From: an uncultured beta proteobacterium
GTDB lineage: Bacteria > Pseudomonadota > Gammaproteobacteria > Burkholderiales > SG8-39
Reading direction: 5' to 3'
Assembly (NCBI GenBank): GCA_963719995.1
Contig: CAVRDW010000003.1
Location: 90,876 to 154,875 of the forward strand
Length of the DNA: 64,000 nucleotides
Part shown: positions 58,624 to 64,000 of the stretch, in pieces
Position numbering within the stretch: the stretch's first letter is position 1
Layout of the letters: each line of letters opens with the position of its first letter
Position numbers and translations under genes: made by a program
Notes under the pieces: generated by a model
Databases searched by the model: none
Told to the model about the DNA's origin: nothing
The model's input: only the letters and a program-made list of their open reading frames with translations

Positions 58624-59475
58624 TTAGACGGATACGGTAACGCGCAAGTAGGTCGCAGCGATGGTGGTCCGGTCCGAGCGCCCGCTGGCATTCTGCGCGG
58701 CGAAGAGGGCCTCGAGCTCGCGCTGCAGGTCGGCGACGCGGCCGCTCTTCTGAGCGGCGTCGAAGGCGTTCATGGTGGGGCCGTAGAAGTCGCGGAAGCG
58801 GCCGACGAGCTCGGCCGGGGTGCCGGCGAAATCGAAGGTGAAGGTGTCGCGCGCGAAGGAGACGTTCGAGGCCGGGACGCCGGCGGCGACGAAGCGCTCG
58901 GTGACCGTCGGCTCGACGCCCCAGGTCATCGGGCTCACGAAGCCGGCGGGCGGCGGCGGGGTGTAGGCGGAGCTGATCTTGAGGATCTGCGCGACGAGGG
59001 TCGGGTCGTTCGGGATCCAGTTGCCCATGACGATGCGCCCGCCTGGACGCACGACGCGCACCACCGCCTTCGCGACCTCGAGCGGCCGCGGCGCGAACAT
59101 GGCGCCGAAGATGCTGACGAGGAGGTCGAAGCTCTTGTCCGGCACGCCGTGGAGGTCGCAGGCGTCGCCTTCCTGGAAGCGGACGTTGGCGAGGCCGAGC
59201 GCCTGCGCGCGGCGCTTGCCCGCGGCGACGAGGTTCGCCGCGATGTCGACACCCAGGACGTGGGCGCCGCGCTGGGCGGCGGGGATGGCGGTGGTGCCGT
59301 CGCCGCAGCCGAGGTCGAGTACCTTCATGCCCTTGGTGATGCCGAGGCTTGCAACGAGTGCATCGCCGCTCGCGCGCATGGTGTCCGCGATGCGGGTGAA
59401 GTCGCCCTTCTCCCAGAGGGCCTTGTTGGGGTTGACCGGCTGGGTGTTCGATGCAACTGCGGTGGCGCTTTGCAT
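58624..59475 (-). CDS. Class I SAM-dependent methyltransferase
   Basis: VLDLGCGDG, GDA, FGAMFAP and RPGGRI; GGAGG RBS. Confidence 0.92.
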   Translation of the reverse strand: MQSATAVASNTQPVNPNKALWEKGDFTRIADTMRASGDALVASLGITKGMKVLDLGCGDGTTAIPAAQRGAHVLGVDIAANLVAAGKRRAQALGLANVRFQEGDACDLHGVPDKSFDLLVSIFGAMFAPRPLEVAKAVVRVVRPGGRIVMGNWIPNDPTLVAQILKISSAYTPPPPAGFVSPMTWGVEPTVTERFVAAGVPASNVSFARDTFTFDFAGTPAELVGRFRDFYGPTMNAFDAAQKSGRVADLQRELEALFAAQNASGRSDRTTIAATYLRVTVSV

Positions 59476-59620
59476 GGTGTTCCTCCGTTGGATGGCGAAA
59501 GTGCGGAGGAGGAGCTTAGGCGCGCGCGCGGCCGGGATGATTTCGCGTGCGTATCGCGAATGTATCCGTCAGGTAAAAAGGTTGAACGCCTGCCTGCTCG
59601 AACGCGCGCACCGGACCAGA

Positions 59621-59707
59621 CGAGCGCCGCCCAGGCGACGAGCGCTATGATGGACGGCGGTGTCAGCGGTTCCTCATCGGAGCATACACATCTGGGTCGA
59701 TGCCGAC
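59621..59707 (+). repeat. 87-bp imperfect direct repeat, right copy
   Basis: Copy of the MFS-start/yaiI-start region at 58448-58534. Confidence 0.88.
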
Positions 59708-60136
59708 GCCTGCCCGGCGGTCATCAAGGAGATCCTCTACCGCGCCGCGGAGCGCACCAAGCGTGGCATGACGCTGGTGGCGAACAAGATGCTGCGCACG
59801 CCGCCGTCCAAGTACATCCGCGCGCTGCAGGTGCCGCGCGGCATCGACGTGGCCGATAGCCATATCGTGCGCGAGCTGCAGCCCGGGGACCTGGTGATCA
59901 CGGCCGACATCCCGCTCGCCTCCGACGTGATCGCCAAGGGCGGGCACGCGCTCAATCCGCGCGGGGAGTTCTACACGACGGAGACGATCCAGGAGCGGCT
60001 GGCGTTGAGGAATTACCTGGATGAGCTACGCGGGACGGGGGTGCGGACGGGCGGGCCGGAGGCGATAGGAATCACGGATCGCAAGCGGTTTGCCGACCAG
60101 CTCGACCGGTTCCTGGCGAAGCAGGCTCTGCGCTAG
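59660..60136 (+). CDS. yaiI: YaiI/YqxD (DUF188) family protein
   Basis: [25 protein letters not shown] and NPRGE.Y. Confidence 0.9.
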   Translation: MSAVPHRSIHIWVDADACPAVIKEILYRAAERTKRGMTLVANKMLRTPPSKYIRALQVPRGIDVADSHIVRELQPGDLVITADIPLASDVIAKGGHALNPRGEFYTTETIQERLALRNYLDELRGTGVRTGGPEAIGITDRKRFADQLDRFLAKQALR

Positions 60137-60777
60137 CCGGCCTCTTCGAGCGTGCTGGTGACCACGCGCAGGCACTCCTCGTACGTCGGGCGGAATTCCA
60201 GGGTATCGAGCGCCTCGAATGCCGTGCGCAGCGCCTTGCCGCCGGTGGCGATGCGCTCCCGGAGCGCATCGCGCTGCCGGCGCAGTATCGGCCGGATCGT
60301 CTCGATCGCGGCTGGATCACGGGTGGCGACGAGCGCGAGGTCGAACAGATCGCGCCCGGTGAACACCCGGCCCCGGTAGCGCACCTTCTTGCCGATGATC
60401 TCGGCGGTCGATTCCACGCGCACGTCCCGGCCCAGGATGCGCTCCACGGCCGGCGGGTCCTTCGTGACCGGCGCCGAGGCGATGAAGTCGATCTCGCCTT
60501 CCGGGAAATAGAGCTTCACCGACATCTCCGTCTCCAGGTACTTCTGCGTCAGCTCCTCGGCCTTGTCGTTCAGCCTGGGGCTCACGTAGCCCAGGTACTG
60601 GGGATCGGGCACGAAGAGGTCCACGTCCCTGCTCACCCGGTGGCGAAAGCGCCGCATGAGCACGGTGCCGCCGCCGAAGCTCCAGTCGTCGTAGCGTGTG
60701 CCGGCAGGCACTGCGTCGATGATCTCGAGCGCGCGGCGAAAGAGGACCTTCCAGGCCTCTAGGCGCTCTTTGTCCAC
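60133..60777 (-). CDS. AbiEii/AbiGii-like nucleotidyltransferase toxin
   Basis: FGGGT.L...F.HR.S.DVDLF, EII.KK and RD.FD. GTG start at 60777. Confidence 0.85.
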   Translation of the reverse strand: MDKERLEAWKVLFRRALEIIDAVPAGTRYDDWSFGGGTVLMRRFRHRVSRDVDLFVPDPQYLGYVSPRLNDKAEELTQKYLETEMSVKLYFPEGEIDFIASAPVTKDPPAVERILGRDVRVESTAEIIGKKVRYRGRVFTGRDLFDLALVATRDPAAIETIRPILRRQRDALRERIATGGKALRTAFEALDTLEFRPTYEECLRVVTSTLEEAG

Positions 60778-61286
60778 TGGATTGACCTTGCGCGCACGCC
60801 CAGGTCGGCGGCGATCCGCTTCAGGTTCGCCGCGATCTTGGCGGGCGTCGCCCAGCGACCCACCTGGTCCACCAATCCGCTCAGCAGCTCGTCGGGCGCC
60901 TCTTCCAGCAGCACCACCAGGTGCGCTCGCCGTTCCTTGGGGACCTTTCCCGTGAGCAGGGCTTTCACCAGTTCGTCGGGCGAGAGCGGCTCGCGCAGGC
61001 TCACGCCGGCGCTCGTGCAGGCCATGCCGATGTAGTCGGGCGCGACCTGGTAGGCAGCCTGGGGCTCGCGCGCGACCAGGAGATGCAGGCCGAGGACCTT
61101 CAGCACGTCCAGCACCTTGTCCGTGCGCAGCGTGTCCTTGCCCGATTCGAGCTCGTAGAGGAACTTGAGCCCCACCCGGGCGCGCTCCGCGAGCGCCGCC
61201 TGCGTCCAGCCGGCGGCCTCGCGCGCCGCGCGCACGGCTTCGGCGAGCTGCTGGTTGGTGCGCCAGGGGAGAGGGGTCGGCATCAT
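60759..61286 (-). CDS. XRE/HipB-like HTH antitoxin with a C-terminal extension
   Basis: VRAARE..GWTQ..LAERARVG..FL.ELESGK.TLR.DKVL.VL..LGL; overlaps the toxin start. Confidence 0.82.
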   Translation of the reverse strand: MMPTPLPWRTNQQLAEAVRAAREAAGWTQAALAERARVGLKFLYELESGKDTLRTDKVLDVLKVLGLHLLVAREPQAAYQVAPDYIGMACTSAGVSLREPLSPDELVKALLTGKVPKERRAHLVVLLEEAPDELLSGLVDQVGRWATPAKIAANLKRIAADLGVRARSIQWTKSA

Positions 61287-61332
61287 CCTTCCGATCGGAA
61301 GGATCGTACGGCCGGCGGAAGGCGGGCGTCAA
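61285..61332 (-). promoter_or_regulatory. Promoter TTGACG-18bp-TACGAT with a perfect 20-bp palindromic operator ATCCTTCCGATCGGAAGGAT
   Basis: -35 at 61332-61327 and -10 at 61308-61303. The palindrome at 61285-61304 lies between the -10 and the ATG of the HTH gene. Confidence 0.7.
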
Positions 61333-61395
61333 GCCGGCTGGCTCGTCCCTGAGCGACCGGCCGCGCAGGCGCGGGGCCTAAGATGGAGGCCACCC

Positions 61396-62773
61396 ATGCC
61401 CTACGCCCACACCATCGACGGCGTCACCTGGCGCTTTCCGGACCTGAAGACGCTGCTCGCGCGCGCCTCGCCCCACCGCTCGGGCGATGCGCTCGCCGGG
61501 GTCGCCGCGCAAAGCGCCGAGGAGCGCATGGCCGCGAAGATGGCGCTCGCCGAGCTGCCGCTCGCCGCGTTCCTCTCCGAGGCGGTCGTGCCCTACGAGG
61601 AAGACGACGTCACGCGGCTCATCCTCGATGCGCACGACAAGGCGGCCTTCGCGGCCGTCTCGGGGCTCACGGTGGGCGAGTTCCGCGAGTGGCTGCTCGC
61701 CTCCGCGCCCGAGCAGGTCACGGCGCTCGCGCGCGGGATCACTCCCGAGATGGCGGCCGCGGTCTCGAAGCTCATGCGCAACCAGGACCTCGTCTCGGTG
61801 GCGCGCAAGTGCCGCGTGGTGACGCGCTTCCGCAACACCATCGGCCTGCCGGGCCGGCTCTCGGTGCGCCTGCAGCCCAACCACCCCACCGACGACCCGC
61901 GCGGCATCGCCGCCTCGATGCTCGATGGCCTGCTCTACGGCTGCGGCGACGCGGTGATCGGCGTCAACCCGGCGGGCGACGGCCTCGCCGCGTTCCTGCC
62001 GCTGTGGCGCATGATGGACGAGCTGATCGCGCGCTTCGCGATCCCCACGCAGTCCTGCGTCCTCACGCACGTCACGAGCCAGCTGAAGGCGATCGAGGCG
62101 GGCGCGCCGGTGGACCTCGTCTTCCAGTCGATCGGCGGCACGCAGAAGACGAACGAGTCCTTCGGCGTCAGCCTCTCTCTTCTTTCCGAGGCGAACCAGG
62201 CGGCGCGGTCGCTCAAGCGCGGAACGCTCGGCGAGAACGTCATGTACTTCGAGACCGGGCAGGGGAGCGCGCTTTCCGCGGGCGCGCACCACGGCTGCGA
62301 CCAGCAGACGCTGGAGGCCCGCGCCTACGGCGTCGCGCGCGCCTACGAGCCCTTGCTCGTCAACACGGTGGTGGGCTTCATCGGGCCGGAGTACCTCTTC
62401 GACGGCAAGCAGATCATCCGCGCGGGGCTCGAGGACCATTTCTGCGGCAAGCTCCTCGGCGTGCCCCTGGGCGTGGACGTCTGCTACACCAACCACGCCG
62501 AGGCCGACCAGGACGACATGGACACGCTGCTCACGCTCCTCGGCGCCGCCGGCGTCGCCTACGTGATGGGCGTGCCCGGGGCGGACGACGTGATGCTCAA
62601 CTACCAGAGCACCTCGTTCCACGACGCTTTGTATCTTCGCGAGGTGATGGGTCTCGAAGCGCGCGCCCGAGTTCGAGGCGTGGCTGGAGAAGATGAAGAT
62701 CGTGGGCGCGGACGGGCGGCTGCTCGCCTCGAGCGCCTCGCCGCTGCTCGCCGCGGCGAAGGAGCTCGCGTGA
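61396..62773 (+). CDS. eutB: Ethanolamine ammonia-lyase large subunit (frameshift ~62655)
   Basis: RLQPNHPTDD, GDAVIG.NPA, YFETGQGSALS and NTVVGFIGPEYL. C-terminus PEFEAWLEKM is in another frame. Confidence 0.92.
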
Positions 62774-63561
62774 AGGAGAGCCCGGTCGTCGCCAACACCT
62801 GGGCGGCGCTGCGCCGCCTCACCCCCGCGCGCATCGCGCTCGGCCGCGCGGGAAGCGGCCTGCCCACCGCGGAGCTGCTGCGCTTCGGCCTCGCGCACGC
62901 GCGCGCCCGCGACGCGGTGCACGCCGCGCTCGATGCCGAGGCGCTCGCCAGGCGCCTGGCGGAGCTGGGGCTCTCGCCCACGATCGTGAAGAGCGCGGCC
63001 ATGAACCGCGAGACCTACCTGCGCCGCCCCGACCTCGGCCGGCGCCTCGCGCCGGATGCAGCCATCTCGAAATCAGATCACCCCTTCGCCCTCGTCATCG
63101 CCGACGGCCTCTCCGCCCTGGCGGTGGAGCGCCACGCCGTGCCCCTCGTCCGCGCGCTCATCGCCCTGTCGCCCCAGCGCTGGGCGGGCGCGAGCTGCTG
63201 CGTGGCGTTGCAGGGCCGCGTCGCTTTGGGCGACGATGCGGGGGAGCGCTTCGGCTGCCAGCTCGTCGTGGTGCTGATCGGCGAGCGGCCGGGGTTGAGC
63301 TCGCCGGACAGCCTGGGGGCTTACCTGACCTACGCGCCGCGCGTCGGCCGGACCGACGCGGAAAGGAACTGCGTGTCGAACATCCGGCCGGAGGGGCTGG
63401 GGTACGAAGCGGCGGCGCGGCGGATTGATTGGATTGCGGCGGCGGGGGTGGCGAGGGGGGTGACGGGGGTGGGGTTGAAGGATGAGAGTAATGGGGATGC
63501 GAGGGAGATGCACATGACAAGTGGAAACGTCGCGATCTCTGCGACGAGCACCGATGTTTGA
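62770..63561 (+). CDS. eutC: Ethanolamine ammonia-lyase small subunit
   Basis: TPARIALGRAG, YLRRPDLGRRL, IGERPGLSSPDSLG and RNCVSNIR. GTGA overlap with eutB. Confidence 0.92.
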   Translation: MKESPVVANTWAALRRLTPARIALGRAGSGLPTAELLRFGLAHARARDAVHAALDAEALARRLAELGLSPTIVKSAAMNRETYLRRPDLGRRLAPDAAISKSDHPFALVIADGLSALAVERHAVPLVRALIALSPQRWAGASCCVALQGRVALGDDAGERFGCQLVVVLIGERPGLSSPDSLGAYLTYAPRVGRTDAERNCVSNIRPEGLGYEAAARRIDWIAAAGVARGVTGVGLKDESNGDAREMHMTSGNVAISATSTDV

Positions 63562-64000
63562 CCCGGCAAGCCGAGGCACAACTCAAGCAGGCCATTGCTG
63601 ACTGCCTAGCGAGCGACCAAGGGATTCTGCATGAATTGCGAGATGAAATCCGGCCCCTTAAGCAGCAGACGAAGCGTATCCAACCTCGGGCCACAACTTC
63701 AATTTCCCTCGTGGGTACGGACGGAGGTAACAACCAGCTCCAGTTCGACCCTTTTCTCGTACAACTCATTCGCGTCGTCGATTCGAGTAACAACGAGTAC
63801 TGCCTTGAAGCGATCTCACCTACCACGCCGATAGATGCACTCGGGCGGCGGCACTTTGGCAAGCAGGGTGAGCCGGTGTCGGCCCTTGGCGAAATGATGA
63901 TGTACCTGGGTGCTGAAACACTGCCCCGGCTTTCGCACATGATTCGGCCCAAGGACAAGGGAGTTCCCGTGTCCCCGAGCTGGGTTCAGGTGTATCGAGA
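63554..64000 (+). CDS. Putative NurA-like nuclease, 5' part (two apparent frameshifts, runs off the window)
   Basis: Joined translation MFDPA/AEAQLKQAIADCLASDQGILHELRDEIRPL/TKRIQPRATTSISLVGTDGGNNQLQFDPFLVQLIRVVDS...SWVQVYRE. GTDGG resembles the NurA first-Asp motif. Clearly lower GC. Confidence 0.5.

Noticed and set aside
63420-63500. G-rich, C-poor tract with G-quadruplex potential at the eutC 3' end (similar tracts near 21430-21590 and 59980-60070)
   Set aside because: It still encodes conserved protein sequence and no function can be supported from sequence alone. Noted only as a compositional boundary.
61165-63561. Apparent 798-aa EutB-EutC fusion ORF
   Set aside because: An indel near 62655 shifts eutB into the eutC frame. 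The normal EutB C-terminus and the GTGA overlap are present in the other frame.
1-64000. Numerous long Arg/Ala/Pro-rich antisense and alternate-frame ORFs in the ORF track
   Set aside because: Expected shadow ORFs in ~70% GC DNA. They overlap well-supported genes and have no motifs.

Overview
64 kb of a high-GC (roughly 70%) bacterial chromosome. Gene content and repeat types suggest a betaproteobacterium (inference). It holds about 75 mostly housekeeping or catabolic CDSs: arfB, a thiol-dioxygenase/multi-rhodanese/glutaredoxin trio, a run of small nuclease/hydrolase genes, a 2-oxoacid:acceptor oxidoreductase operon with a GltD-like flavoprotein, two ABC importers, cbpAM, a badI/aliA-like CoA-dependent alicyclic-acid catabolic cluster, eutBC, and a toxin-antitoxin/defence-like stretch at 50-64 kb. 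I found no rRNA, tRNA, CRISPR array or transposase gene. About 15 genes carry single-base frameshifts, most likely long-read assembly indels. The most notable signals are non-coding. (1) An orphan, highly structured RNA gene candidate of ~175 nt (13484-13659) has its own sigma70 promoter, an upstream FNR/CRP-like box and an intrinsic terminator, and converges on an oxidoreductase operon that also has an FNR-like box. (2) A LexA/SOS-like box overlaps the promoter of a TcmP + Gp37/Gp68 (DUF5131) + 60-aa operon. (3) A family of IS5-like non-autonomous elements has CTAG target duplications and includes a 74-bp chimera of two right ends. (4) REP-like inverted repeats sit flush against stop codons. 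(5) An 87-bp direct repeat brackets a methyltransferase gene. (6) A frameshifted NurA-like gene missed by the ORF track starts at the right edge. All family assignments come from motif recognition by eye; no database searches were run.
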